DNA of 64,000 nucleotides from an uncultured candidate division Zixibacteria bacterium (GCA_963817915.1 CAWFQL010000006.1:64001-128000), one strand, 5' to 3'; positions 9,413 through 19,272 are shown, numbered from the stretch's first letter. The notes: a model not told the origin generated them from the sequence alone. Translations and numbers: made by a program.

Positions 9413-10658
9413 TGAAATCTCCTATTACTAATTTCCTCCTTCTGAATCCTGAGCAAGTGGCAGATGAATATTTCATATAGATGCTATATTTCCTATTGCC
9501 CCCGGCGCCTGTGCCCATCGTAATATCGAAAGGAAGGGGGTCTGCAATATCTGTCTGGCTCGAGTCCGAGCCTGCGGTTCCGTTATCATAATAAAGATAA
9601 AGATTCAAATCTTTGGTGGAGCATTGGAGTGTGAGCCAGATTGTATCCTGACAAACCAGAGACTTACTAACCAATGAAAACCCCTGCCATGATGCCGATG
9701 TATTTGAAATAGTCCTCACCCCAGAACTGTCGGCAAAAGTCGCATTTACAGATCCGCCTTTATAGGCTGCGGCTGAAGCGCTGGGGTATGGAGTAGAGCT
9801 TGCCCGCACGTAAGCGAAAATCGAATCTGCGATAGCTGTCTCAGGCAGAATAAACCGGCTTGCCATTTTACCATCCGCCTTGAAGCTCTGAGAAGATGCG
9901 CCTGCTGATGTATAACCGACTGTAGGGTCGATCGTAACAGGAAAAACTGCCTGATTCAAAAAGCCGGCGGGGACATCAATGGAAAGGATGTTATTGGATA
10001 TTTTCAGATCGCACCAGGCGGAATTTCCAATTGAGTCGAATGCCTTCGGCCTGTAGATGTGAAAGGCTTTTGCATAAATCTTACGATCTTCTGAATTTGA
10101 GGTCGAATAGGCCGCATAACTCCCCACTACGCTATCGGGTCGATTGGCTCCACGAGCTATTTCGTATAGAGTCAGCGGCGGCTGATAAAATAATTCCATG
10201 TTGGACACATCAATTGGAAAATTAAATGAATTGCAGCCTGGGAGCGAATTTAAAACGATTTCCCATTCAAATTCGACAGATGATTTCCAATACCATCGAT
10301 AATAGCCGCCATTAAATTTCGAAATGATCGTGTCTAACGACACATTTAGCTGCTCCAATACTGAATTTAATGCGGGCAGAGTCTGTAGTGGCTTTGCAGT
10401 GAATTCGTGCGGCAATTTTATTTCGAAAAACGAATTATCCGGCCCATTGATGGAAAATAATTGCGGCGCCGATGATGATGCGTCATTGATTGATATGGAC
10501 ATTCCTTTTACTGAATCGCCATATGAATAACAATTTCTATCACCTTCAGATGTTTTTTGCCAATGATTGCTTAGCGGACTTTCCACACCTGCGTAAAGAT
10601 GTGCACTTCGAATGAGGATTAGGCTGACAACACCAATAACAAGTCTGTTTAATTGCAC
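9405..10658 (-). CDS. Signal-peptide-bearing phage-structural-like protein
   Basis: Likely GTG start at 10658 after GAAGGAG; hydrophobic N-terminus; RPDSVVGSYA..KAFHIYRPKA.D...W..L..FPVTIDPT resembles phage-associated proteins. Confidence 0.55.
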   Translation of the reverse strand: MQLNRLVIGVVSLILIRSAHLYAGVESPLSNHWQKTSEGDRNCYSYGDSVKGMSISINDASSSAPQLFSINGPDNSFFEIKLPHEFTAKPLQTLPALNSVLEQLNVSLDTIISKFNGGYYRWYWKSSVEFEWEIVLNSLPGCNSFNFPIDVSNMELFYQPPLTLYEIARGANRPDSVVGSYAAYSTSNSEDRKIYAKAFHIYRPKAFDSIGNSAWCDLKISNNILSIDVPAGFLNQAVFPVTIDPTVGYTSAGASSQSFKADGKMASRFILPETAIADSIFAYVRASSTPYPSASAAAYKGGSVNATFADSSGVRTISNTSASWQGFSLVSKSLVCQDTIWLTLQCSTKDLNLYLYYDNGTAGSDSSQTDIADPLPFDITMGTGAGGNRKYSIYMKYSSATCSGFRRRKLVIGDFNE

Positions 10659-10671
10659 GTTATTATCTCCT

Positions 10672-11496
10672 TCACGCGGAAGCCGGGCTATTGAATGATC
10701 CCAGGCGGCCGGCAAATTTGGAGAGGATATTGTACGCTTCTTTCTTGTACATGTCGGAGAGAGCGGTCCAGGATCGTGCCTCGTTGCCGCCATCGGTCTT
10801 GCCTCTCGATGGCGAAATAGATTCCATGGCGCGGATTCTGCAGATAATCGCGACCGACATGTAAGTCTCTGCGGTAACAAGCAGTCGGTCAGCCGATTCC
10901 CGATAAACCTCATCGATAAACGAGAGCACCTGATCATTGGCCTCGGCAATCGCGTTTTCAATAGAAGCATCATCAAGATTTCCATATTCGGTTGTGTAAT
11001 CGACCTGAACCCATTGGCCGGATTCTATCGCTCCGCCCGAACGGCGCTTAAGTGTTCCTGCCTGATATTCTATGTCATAATCGCTTCCGCGCTGGTAAAT
11101 TCGGTAGTTAAGATACCAGACGACTATCGATCCAGCCGCCGGAATTGAGCCTGATGCGATTCGCATAATCGTCCCCTGAATGTAGTCGATTTGAAAATCG
11201 ATATTTTCGATATAGATTTTCGAAAGAGAGCTATTATTGGCGGCGACCACCGTATTTGGAATAATCTGATTATGCGACAGCGCAACAGAATCGGATGAAG
11301 CAAAACTGATATTCTCTTCATTCGGTTCATTCTGCTCTCTGGCCTTGACTCGTTCAGATTCCGGCAAAATCATCCGCTTTTCCAGTTGGCTGGAGTCATT
11401 GGCATTCAATTGGATTTTTTCATCATAAATTTTGGCGGAACCGATATGATGGTCGAGGATATGTTTTTTGACTATTTCCTTGGTTGTAAATGGCAT
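10672..11496 (-). CDS. Head-closure/adaptor-like protein with repeated beta insert
   Basis: N-terminal MPFTTKEIVK and C-terminal DDASIENAIAEANDQV..LLVTAETYMSVAII resemble gp6/gp15-type adaptors; YxxxxDYxIxYxxGTI repeats in the middle. Confidence 0.5.
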   Translation of the reverse strand: MPFTTKEIVKKHILDHHIGSAKIYDEKIQLNANDSSQLEKRMILPESERVKAREQNEPNEENISFASSDSVALSHNQIIPNTVVAANNSSLSKIYIENIDFQIDYIQGTIMRIASGSIPAAGSIVVWYLNYRIYQRGSDYDIEYQAGTLKRRSGGAIESGQWVQVDYTTEYGNLDDASIENAIAEANDQVLSFIDEVYRESADRLLVTAETYMSVAIICRIRAMESISPSRGKTDGGNEARSWTALSDMYKKEAYNILSKFAGRLGSFNSPASA

Positions 11497-11867
11497 CAGT
11501 TCATCTCCAATATTAAGAGGTCAACAAGCGAATTGGATGGTTCTTCTTTCTTGCGAGCGATACGGAATGAGGTAGGTCCGACAGCGCCGAGGATAAAAGC
11601 CCCGATCTGATTTTTGGGAATAATAATTACGAGGGGTTTATTGATTGTCGTTGGCAACTGATTGCCGCGATGGTCTAGCAGGTCGGCAAAATCAACGATT
11701 TGGGAATTGCCGCCGGAATATTCATGCATGAATACGACTCGATTCTCCCCAGATTTATATTCAGTCAGCATCAGGTCGCCATCGAGAGAACCGGCGTCAC
11801 CCCATACGGTATAGTCCCTGATCAACCATTTGCGGTTGCCGGTAAGATAGTCCAATGTTATATTCAT
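11496..11867 (-). CDS. Hypothetical protein in head operon
   Basis: Overlapping start/stop with both neighbours (translational coupling). Confidence 0.7.
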   Translation of the reverse strand: MNITLDYLTGNRKWLIRDYTVWGDAGSLDGDLMLTEYKSGENRVVFMHEYSGGNSQIVDFADLLDHRGNQLPTTINKPLVIIIPKNQIGAFILGAVGPTSFRIARKKEEPSNSLVDLLILEMN

Positions 11868-13303
11868 ACGCCCTCCCTCACCAGAACAAGATCATCGGCC
11901 TTAACTCCAGCGACGATCTGAGAGCCGACCGGTTCAGCGGAAAATCCCAATGTCACGCGCGCCCGCACCCAATAATTATTGGAGTCATCGACCATTCCGA
12001 TCTGCCAATCTGACGGTGTCGATTCGCCATCCTGCCAGAAATAGACAAGAGCATCTAGCGAATCGAAATTGTAGCTTCCGGAAGATGGAATAAATTCCAC
12101 CCAATTCGAGCCGTTAAAATATTCCCAGACTACTGTCCCCGAGACTCCCGCGGTCGAAAGCAGAATGGCCGCGCTGAAGAATTTCGATTGTTTTCCGAAA
12201 TAGATACAATCGTCAATCGAATCGATTAGCGCGGATGATTCGGAGTGAAAAATATCAGCCAGAGTCGGGTTGGCGGCAACGGATGACCTATCTTGGAATT
12301 TTGTCGTACCGAGATTATTGTATAGGATTATCTTATCGAATGCGCCTATCGCGGGAGTATAGTTTGAAAGCGAAAATGATTCGCCGGATTTACCCGCGTA
12401 TCTGGGGATATAATAATTTTCCGCGATAAGCCTGGCATAGAAAATATGCGGAATATTATTCACATATCCGATTTGGGGCGATCTTGCCTGGACAGTCTCG
12501 ACTTCATATAGCCCACTCCAAAAGGAACCGTCATTCTCCTTGAAATAAACCTTATTTTCACCTGAGACTATAAAAACAACGCCAAGTTTCTTTTCAGGGC
12601 TCGGCGCGATATCAAAATCATCATCGATATAATTAGCGCTGTGGATTGCGGTTTCCGCTCCCCATGTAGGACCGGAAAGATCGCAGATTCGATAATTCAA
12701 ATCGGATCTATTGACACAATAAACGGCGTATAGCTTTGACGATATCTGGCAGGCGCCGACATAAGCGTTGACAGCGTAGCCCGAGGAAAGCGCGGTGCCA
12801 AGATCGGCGTCGCCAGTACCCCAGGTCGCGCCATCATCCGTTGACGATTTGACTCGTACATAATAATTGGAATCGAGCGAGGTTCGATGATTAACGAAAA
12901 AACACCAGAGCTTGCTATCGCTGTCTTTGATGACTGTTGGATTGTAGTTGTTATCGACAGCGACTACATTCACTTCGGAACCTGCTGTCCAAACCCCTGC
13001 ACCAAACAACAGCTTCACGAATTTAATTTTCCGGTCGGTATTGGTATAAACCAGATAGATATTGCCTGCCGCATCCATATGCGCCCCGAATGGCGAATCA
13101 TAAACGTCGGTAACAATGGCCTGCGGCGATGACCATGATTGATAGGGGTAGTCGGAATAGACGAGAGCGATCGCAGTCGCCGAGCTCATATACAATGCCG
13201 CAGTCCTCCCCTTGAATACACCCGATGGTATTCGAAGGAGCTTCCGTTGGCAGGGCGACCCGGTAGGCCGGGTCGCTGTCGATGTTGTCAAAAGCTTATG
13301 CAT
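11864..13303 (-). CDS. Beta-propeller (BNR/Asp-box) protein with C-terminal beta domain; candidate receptor-binding/spike protein
   Basis: Asp-box SSTDDGATW; W-spaced blades; VVWEYFNGSNW..YWVRARV tail; directly downstream of the capsid gene. Confidence 0.6.
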   Translation of the reverse strand: MHKLLTTSTATRPTGSPCQRKLLRIPSGVFKGRTAALYMSSATAIALVYSDYPYQSWSSPQAIVTDVYDSPFGAHMDAAGNIYLVYTNTDRKIKFVKLLFGAGVWTAGSEVNVVAVDNNYNPTVIKDSDSKLWCFFVNHRTSLDSNYYVRVKSSTDDGATWGTGDADLGTALSSGYAVNAYVGACQISSKLYAVYCVNRSDLNYRICDLSGPTWGAETAIHSANYIDDDFDIAPSPEKKLGVVFIVSGENKVYFKENDGSFWSGLYEVETVQARSPQIGYVNNIPHIFYARLIAENYYIPRYAGKSGESFSLSNYTPAIGAFDKIILYNNLGTTKFQDRSSVAANPTLADIFHSESSALIDSIDDCIYFGKQSKFFSAAILLSTAGVSGTVVWEYFNGSNWVEFIPSSGSYNFDSLDALVYFWQDGESTPSDWQIGMVDDSNNYWVRARVTLGFSAEPVGSQIVAGVKADDLVLVREGV

Positions 13304-13315
13304 CTATTCTGCTTT

Positions 13316-14422
13316 CTACCAGACCGAATCCAGTATCAATGATGCTTCTTTGATGAATTTGGCGTAGGAGAGGGATTCTGATATAACCGCCTCCTCGATT
13401 TTCTGCTCGATAACCTTATCGTATTCAATCATCAATGGCTGGCTGATGACCTCCTCGATCGCGAATCGATTGTCGAGGCCGATCACGTAATCGGTCGGAA
13501 CTTCGTCGCAACGAATCAATGATGCCCCGAGCGGAGATGTTATCTCGCCATTGGTCTGGAAATTGAATCCGATCAACGGATCCTTGAATTCGGCCAAAGT
13601 CAGAATGCTTCTGATTTTGTCTTTATGGCAGATCAGGATATTGGGTTGATATGGATAGAATTCGCTCCAGAATCTGACCAGGTCATCATAATCAAGAACA
13701 CTGGTGACATCGGTATTGATTACCTGGGCGGAGTTGGAATTGCCGTCGCCGTTGATAATAGTATTGACAATCATGGCGATCTTGTCAGATTGCAGACGAT
13801 AACCGATGTACCACAAAAGCACTTTGAATTGCGCCATCGAACGATAGCGAAGCGCCTTGTAGGATACCTTCAACGTCAACCCGTAATCCTGGATCGTGAT
13901 CGTATTGTTTTGTTCGGTGACATTGACCGATGGAATCATGGCCGCCTCGCCGACCGGCCTGAGCGACAGAGCCTTATCCCCGACACCATAGCCGACATGG
14001 ATCGGTGAATAACGAGACGATGATACATTGGAGCTCGATGACAAGAGCCGTCCCAATTCAGGGCGCATCTCCATGCCTCGTCTGATTTCGCGAAGCATGA
14101 ATTCAGGCATTAATGCCGGCGCGCCGCGATAAAATAACTCGACTGTAACGGGGTTCTTGCCGCCGGTGCGAAGCCCCTTCATTGCTAATTGCCGTTCGAA
14201 AGCGTCGAGCGGCGAGCCGGCCGGGCTGGGATCGAATTCGGGCAGTTCCAGAAGCTCAGTAAGCGATATTCCGCGAGCCTGGGCTTCGAGATATGTATCG
14301 CGTGTGACATCTATCTTCTTCGCGCGAGAGAAATCGACCGATTTCCCTCCGCTGTTTTTGGATTCGCCGGCTGTAGCCATGGCGATATTGAAATCAGATG
14401 ATAACAGTTTTTCAAATTCCAT
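13316..14422 (-). CDS. Phage major capsid protein (HK97 fold)
   Basis: LDAFERQL..GLR....VELFY....LMPEF..REIRRGM, YGLTLKVSYKALR, IINGDGN, IGLDNRFAIEEV; 368 aa; follows protease and decoration genes. Confidence 0.85.
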   Translation of the reverse strand: MEFEKLLSSDFNIAMATAGESKNSGGKSVDFSRAKKIDVTRDTYLEAQARGISLTELLELPEFDPSPAGSPLDAFERQLAMKGLRTGGKNPVTVELFYRGAPALMPEFMLREIRRGMEMRPELGRLLSSSSNVSSSRYSPIHVGYGVGDKALSLRPVGEAAMIPSVNVTEQNNTITIQDYGLTLKVSYKALRYRSMAQFKVLLWYIGYRLQSDKIAMIVNTIINGDGNSNSAQVINTDVTSVLDYDDLVRFWSEFYPYQPNILICHKDKIRSILTLAEFKDPLIGFNFQTNGEITSPLGASLIRCDEVPTDYVIGLDNRFAIEEVISQPLMIEYDKVIEQKIEEAVISESLSYAKFIKEASLILDSVW

Positions 14423-14456
14423 TATTTTCTCCTTAATGGTTTAAAATTGATATTGA

Positions 14457-14879
14457 TTAATTGAGGATAAGAGTCACATCCGATGTACCATTGACGTCGA
14501 TAACAGTCCCGCGGGCGACATTGCCGCCTGCCGGATCATAACCGGCCAAAACGGGCGCCTGCCTGACAGCACCCGTGCCGCTGACAACCACACGATTGCC
14601 AATTGCGGGTGTAGTAGCCGCTGAAGGCAACTTACAAATTCCACCGATTTGTACAGTGGCTACTCGCTTCCCGTTATCAGCATCGGTGAGTGAAAGATCG
14701 ATAAGCTTGCCCAACAACATTCCGCCGCTGGCTCCTAGCCCGACTTCGTAATTGGCTATGATGGTCACAGCCTTTCCGATATCGGTATCCCTGAGGTCAT
14801 CGACCCCCGCGGTCTGGTGCACCTTGAATGTCGCGGTTAAAAATCCGATTGTTTCCAGGTTTTGATCTCTTACTGCCAT
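14457..14879 (-). CDS. Capsid decoration/cement-like protein
   Basis: 140 aa, Gly/Val-rich (DIGKAVTI...LLGKL...ATVQIGG...GTVIDV), canonical position just upstream of the capsid gene. Confidence 0.7.
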   Translation of the reverse strand: MAVRDQNLETIGFLTATFKVHQTAGVDDLRDTDIGKAVTIIANYEVGLGASGGMLLGKLIDLSLTDADNGKRVATVQIGGICKLPSAATTPAIGNRVVVSGTGAVRQAPVLAGYDPAGGNVARGTVIDVNGTSDVTLILN

Positions 14880-14917
14880 GAATTCTCCTTTTCTGTTATA
14901 AATTTAGGGTGATATTT

Positions 14918-15163
14918 TTAGCGATAATCTTCTACTGCCAGCAAGGGCAGACGAATTGAACTTTCAGATCCTTTGGTTATCCCTCTGGACTTTTCTTTGG
15001 TCAATTCGGGTCTGAATGATTTTTCTTTTATGTCATTCAGAATGGCAGGCAGAGAATCTAATTTAGATATTATCGCATCCATGTCGAGCTTGCCAGATGA
15101 AAAGCCGTCGGTCAATCCACTTTTGATTTCATTTAGCCTCGTTAAGATTTCATCAAATTCCAA
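14918..15163 (-). CDS. Short coiled-coil protein, possible minimal scaffold
   Basis: Amphipathic helix; lies between protease and decoration genes; RBS AAAGGAG. Confidence 0.45.
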   Translation of the reverse strand: MEFDEILTRLNEIKSGLTDGFSSGKLDMDAIISKLDSLPAILNDIKEKSFRPELTKEKSRGITKGSESSIRLPLLAVEDYR

Positions 15164-15194
15164 TCGATACTCCTTTCATTTGAATAGTTTTTGT

Positions 15195-15500
15195 TCAGTG
15201 ATTTGCTTCGCTTTTTAGAATCGCCTTGTCTTCTTTTGCCAGCACAGTCTCGATAGCAGTCAGCTTACCGATAACCTCATTCTTGAATGTCGAAAGGTCT
15301 TCCTTGGTGGCGAATCGTTCATTGATGACAGATTCCAATCTTGCCAGTCTGACATTCATTTCAGTCACATAACGTTCTTCTGCTTTCCCGGCGAGCTCGA
15401 CCCGCAATCCGGTGTAAATCGCGAAATATCCCGACAAGGCCGCGGCCAGCGAAATCGCCAATGTTATCAAATACTTTATCAATGAGTCTTTCTCGGGCAT
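15195..15500 (-). CDS. Single-TM coiled-coil protein (phage membrane protein-like)
   Basis: TM segment LITLAISLAAALSGYFAIY then coiled coil with ATKEDL. Confidence 0.6.
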   Translation of the reverse strand: MPEKDSLIKYLITLAISLAAALSGYFAIYTGLRVELAGKAEERYVTEMNVRLARLESVINERFATKEDLSTFKNEVIGKLTAIETVLAKEDKAILKSEANH

Positions 15501-15515
15501 ATAAGCCTCACTTCG

Positions 15516-16334
15516 TTAATTAGACTTAATAATCAGGAATGATTCGCTGTTATAATTTGCTATGGCGGCTTGATAGTTTGGTGGATATGCTATCAGCTTC
15601 GCGGTTTTGTTTTCGGCTTTCAGCGGTAGAATGCGAACCAACCTTTTCGATAAATAGGTGAGCGGAATTTCGACAAATCTTGAAATACCGTCGATTTCAA
15701 TTTCGATCTTGTTATCATCCTCGCGAGATAATTTGTCGGTTATGAATGTGCCCTTGACCGAGCCGCGATAGACTAATGATGTTTCCAATACTTGCGTAAT
15801 ACCATTATAGATGAAATGCGCTTTCTCGGCGGATTGGCCTGACGAATAATCGATATCATGCGGGCAACCGCGCATATCCTGGCCGCAGATTGAGCATTCG
15901 GGGAAATTATATGAGAATGATATCGAGCATTCCTTGAGAACACCGGAATCGATTTTGGTCAATAGATCGTCGGGCTCATCGGCTTTAGTTGTCGGCCAAT
16001 AGAAATAGGCTTTGAGCCATTGAACACCATTTTTCTCTTCGATCTCTGCATGAAATGTGCGTGCCAAAGGCGCCTGCGAATGATCATGACCGACTAATAC
16101 GGGCGTATCAATAATCAGGCTTTTCAATTTCGATAAATCCTCTTTTCGAAATCGGCCGCCATGGGAATTGACAAGATTATTGACAACATACATGGCGCGG
16201 ATATTGACATTTTTCGGAGCTACGAATCGCGGCGGCTTGATATTATCGTTAATCAATGACGCCAGATAATTGAGTCTGACATTCGGGCTATCCAATGTGA
16301 GCTCACAAGTAAGCATTTCAGTTAATTTTTCCAT
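15516..16334 (-). CDS. Prohead (capsid maturation) protease
   Basis: Start MEKLTE after GGAGGA; PVLVGHDH, IDSGVLKECSISF, CSICGQDMRGCPH, LETSLV match HK97-type prohead proteases with a Cys/His insert. Confidence 0.75.
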   Translation of the reverse strand: MEKLTEMLTCELTLDSPNVRLNYLASLINDNIKPPRFVAPKNVNIRAMYVVNNLVNSHGGRFRKEDLSKLKSLIIDTPVLVGHDHSQAPLARTFHAEIEEKNGVQWLKAYFYWPTTKADEPDDLLTKIDSGVLKECSISFSYNFPECSICGQDMRGCPHDIDYSSGQSAEKAHFIYNGITQVLETSLVYRGSVKGTFITDKLSREDDNKIEIEIDGISRFVEIPLTYLSKRLVRILPLKAENKTAKLIAYPPNYQAAIANYNSESFLIIKSN

Positions 16335-16372
16335 TAATCCTCCATTCTCCACCTCTCGGGGGTTTTCAAACC

Positions 16373-16419
16373 AAATGCTCATTGAACCAGTTTATGAGAG
16401 TGATAAGGATGAATCCCGA
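16373..16419 (-). promoter_or_regulatory. Upstream element shared with the portal-terminase locus
   Basis: TCGGGATTCATC-N20-GTTCAATGAGCATTT; the last 15 bp are identical at 51074-51088. Confidence 0.75.
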
Positions 16420-16421
16420 CC

Positions 16422-16545
16422 ATGCAATATGCGCATGAAATTGCATAAATAATTGACAAATAGTCAGGCAGCCGATGTCCATCATATTAAATATCAATGA
16501 GTTATGTGACTGTAAAAAAGAACTTACATCGGCACGGATATTGCA
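16422..16545 (+). promoter_or_regulatory. Sigma54-type promoter with IHF site and candidate enhancer
   Basis: CGGCACGGATATTGCA (16530-16545) fits the -24/-12 consensus; TATCAATGAGTTA (16492-16504) fits IHF WATCAANNNNTTR; inverted repeat ATGCAAT-N11-ATTGCAT (16422-16446). Confidence 0.7.
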
Positions 16546-16555
16546 TTTTCTATGG

Positions 16556-16710
16556 TTTGCATGGGTGTTTAGATTTTAGATAGATTTCTCCGCTTAGTGC
16601 CCTCCCCGCCAAGCGAGAAACGCGCCAGTCCTAAGAGGAACGGTCCCCAATACGTTCCAATTGAAGGCCGGTCTTTCACTCCCTCCTTGAGATCGGTCTT
16701 CTTTTTTTTT
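16556..16710 (+). ncRNA. Candidate sigma54-dependent small RNA
   Basis: Lies between the sigma54-type promoter and a 12-bp stem (16663-16701) plus T9; no credible ORF; loop contains CCCTCCTT. Confidence 0.5.
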
Positions 16711-16757
16711 CGCATATATTTTTTCGATACCGCATCGTCGACATTCTCCATAAAGCC

Positions 16758-16992
16758 TGTCATTCCGGCCCCCGAGCCCGTCAAGGGCCGGGCCGTTGAC
16801 GGCCGGAATCCATCTTCTCTTGTGAGTGGCAGAAGCTCAAATTTATTCCGTTATCTGCCAAAGATTATCTAATTGCCCGATTTCCTTTTGGGATTATCTT
16901 ACGCGTCAAGCCTTGCCCGCCAAACAAACGGCGGATATACCCTGACCACAAAAAAAGCGGGATGCGGTCACGGCAAGCCGCGACTCGCAGGA
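16758..16992. repeat. REP-like palindromes (GTCATTCCGGC...GCCGGAATCC; GCGGTCACG...GACTCGCAGGA)
   Basis: Inverted repeats; the second type recurs at 51182-51210. Confidence 0.65.
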
Positions 16993-17148
16993 TTGGGACA
17001 GAGAATAATGATTGCGAAAATCTACATCTTAGTATATAATTATATTATATTAAGTATTATTGAAGGAGCCTGAGATGGCGGAAATCCGAATAGCTGGAAT
17101 TAGAATATTGCGTCATTCGCGATTCGCCTGAGATTAGCGAGGGAAGAA

Positions 17149-19272
17149 ATGAAGAAATTTTATTTCAATTTGATTGTGCTTGTAATCTTGGCCAATGCTG
17201 TATTGACGCCTTTGCCAGCTTCCGCCCAGAATGTTGAATATATCGGCTCAACTCTGTGGGCCGGAGTCAATGATGTTAAGGCAGTTGGCAATTACGCTTA
17301 TTGCGCTTTTGCGAATGGCTTAATGGTGCTTGACATCTCAAATCCAGATTCTCCTTCATACTTGAGTCAATGTTATCTTCACGGAGAAGGTGAGGGAATC
17401 GATATCTCCGGAAATTATGCTTACGTGGCGGATGGGTATTCCGGCCTTCAAATAATAGACATAACCGAACTGGCTAATCCAGTATTTGTAGGGCGCTACG
17501 ATACGCCGGGCTCCGCTATGGGAGTCTTCGTCAGGAATGATTACGCTTATGTGGCAGATAGTTCTTCAGGCCTTCAAATAGTAAACATATCCGATCCGGC
17601 TAATCCGGTTTTGGCAGGAAGTTATGATACGCCTCATTGCGCTTTTGGAGTAGATGTCTCGGGCAACTATGCTTATGTAGCGGATGGGAGTACCGGCCTC
17701 CAAGTGATAAACATTGCTGACCCGGCCAACCCCTTATTGGCAGGAAATTGTCATACGTACGACTGGGTTTACGCGGTTTTTGTCCAAGGGGATTACGCTT
17801 ATGTCGCTGAATCGGAAGCTGGAATTCGAGTGATTAGCATAGCCGATCCGACCAACCCATTTGTCGTCGGGAGTTATGATACGTGGGGCTATGTAAATGA
17901 CATTTTTGTTCTTGGCAATTACGCCTATTTGGCGGCCAGATCAACTGGCCTTGAAGTGCTCAACATCTCCGATCCCGCCAATCCATTGCTGGTCGGGAGC
18001 TATGTTACGCAAGGCTATGCCAACGAAGTTTATGTCCAGAACAATAGCGCTTATGTTGTTGATGAATATTATGGCCTTCAAGTGATAAATATATCCGACC
18101 CGGCAATTCCTGAGTTGGCTGGCAGTTATGTCACGGCAGGCCGTTCCAATGGGGTTTTTGCTTTGGGGGAATATGCCTACGTTGCAAAAGGCGATGCAGG
18201 TCTGCAGGTGATAAATATTTCCAATCCTGTCAATCCAGTGTTAACCGGAAGTTTTGTTACTCCAAGTAATGCTCTGGCGGTTTTTGTCCAGGGCAATTAT
18301 GCTTATGTTGCTGATTATATCTCTGGACTTCAGGTAATAAACGTGGCCGACCCAGCTAATCCGATACGGGTTGGAATCTTTGACCCGTCTGGCGGTTGTC
18401 TTGATGCTTTTGTGCAAGGCAATTATGCATATCTCGCGGATGAATCTTCCGGTCTTCAGATCGTCAACATTACCGATCCGAACCATCCCGCATTAGTTGG
18501 TAGTTTTGACATGCCTGGCATGGCCGAGGCAGTCTTTGTCTCTGACATTTATGCATATGTAGTTGCCAGTTATAGTGGTTTGGAAATTCTCAACATCTCT
18601 AATCCGGCCAATCCGTTATTAATAGGGACATTTGCTACCCCTCGTGACGCCGTTGATGTTTTTGTGGCCGGTAATAATGCTTACCTAGCCGAGGAATTCG
18701 GCGGAATACAAATTGTAAATATTTCTAATCCGGCTAATCCCATATTGGCCGGAAGCATTAGTCCGCCGGGCTATGCCTATGGAGTAGTTGTCGATGGCAA
18801 TTACGCTTATGTAGCGGATTGGACTACTGGTATCCAAGTGATCAATATATCCAACCCGGCCCATCCAGTGCTGGCCGGAGGTTATGATACGCCCGGCTAT
18901 ACTGGAGAGGTTTTTATCATGGGCGATTATATTTATGCAGCGGATTTGACCTCGTTAATGATTCTTGTAAATAGCACGACCGGAATTGATGATGCCGAGG
19001 AAATACCAAATAGATTTTCTCTTTCTCAGAATTACCCCAACCCCTTTAACGCCCAAACTGTGATTCAATATTCATTGCCAACCCAATCGGAAGTCTCAAT
19101 CGACATCTTCGATATACTTGGACGCATTGTTAAGAATATTGCCGAAGGGATGAAACCAGCGGGTGATCATCAAGCGATATGGGATGCTGGAGATCAGGCA
19201 TCTGGGATATATTTCTATAGAATTAAGGCCGGGGATAAGGTCGAGACGAGAAAAATGACGCTGCTAAAGTAG
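17149..19272 (+). CDS. LVIVD-repeat secreted protein with T9SS/FlgD-type C-terminal sorting domain
   Basis: About 13 repeats of GNYAYVAD...GLQIINISDP.NP.L.G.Y.T; C-terminal QNYPNPFN...SGIYFY...KMTLLK. Confidence 0.92.
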   Translation: MKKFYFNLIVLVILANAVLTPLPASAQNVEYIGSTLWAGVNDVKAVGNYAYCAFANGLMVLDISNPDSPSYLSQCYLHGEGEGIDISGNYAYVADGYSGLQIIDITELANPVFVGRYDTPGSAMGVFVRNDYAYVADSSSGLQIVNISDPANPVLAGSYDTPHCAFGVDVSGNYAYVADGSTGLQVINIADPANPLLAGNCHTYDWVYAVFVQGDYAYVAESEAGIRVISIADPTNPFVVGSYDTWGYVNDIFVLGNYAYLAARSTGLEVLNISDPANPLLVGSYVTQGYANEVYVQNNSAYVVDEYYGLQVINISDPAIPELAGSYVTAGRSNGVFALGEYAYVAKGDAGLQVINISNPVNPVLTGSFVTPSNALAVFVQGNYAYVADYISGLQVINVADPANPIRVGIFDPSGGCLDAFVQGNYAYLADESSGLQIVNITDPNHPALVGSFDMPGMAEAVFVSDIYAYVVASYSGLEILNISNPANPLLIGTFATPRDAVDVFVAGNNAYLAEEFGGIQIVNISNPANPILAGSISPPGYAYGVVVDGNYAYVADWTTGIQVINISNPAHPVLAGGYDTPGYTGEVFIMGDYIYAADLTSLMILVNSTTGIDDAEEIPNRFSLSQNYPNPFNAQTVIQYSLPTQSEVSIDIFDILGRIVKNIAEGMKPAGDHQAIWDAGDQASGIYFYRIKAGDKVETRKMTLLK

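Noticed and set aside
10659..10985. N-terminal extension of ORF 9405-10985
   Set aside because: It overlaps the adaptor gene in another frame; an RBS plus GTG at 10658 gives a better start.
13316..14422. Encapsulin, tailocin or contractile injection system
   Set aside because: Protease, decoration, portal and terminase indicate a DNA-packaging head; no sheath, tube or baseplate genes were seen.
16597..16872. 91-aa ORF downstream of the sigma54-type promoter
   Set aside because: No RBS; it runs through a terminator T-tract and a REP, and its composition is not protein-like.
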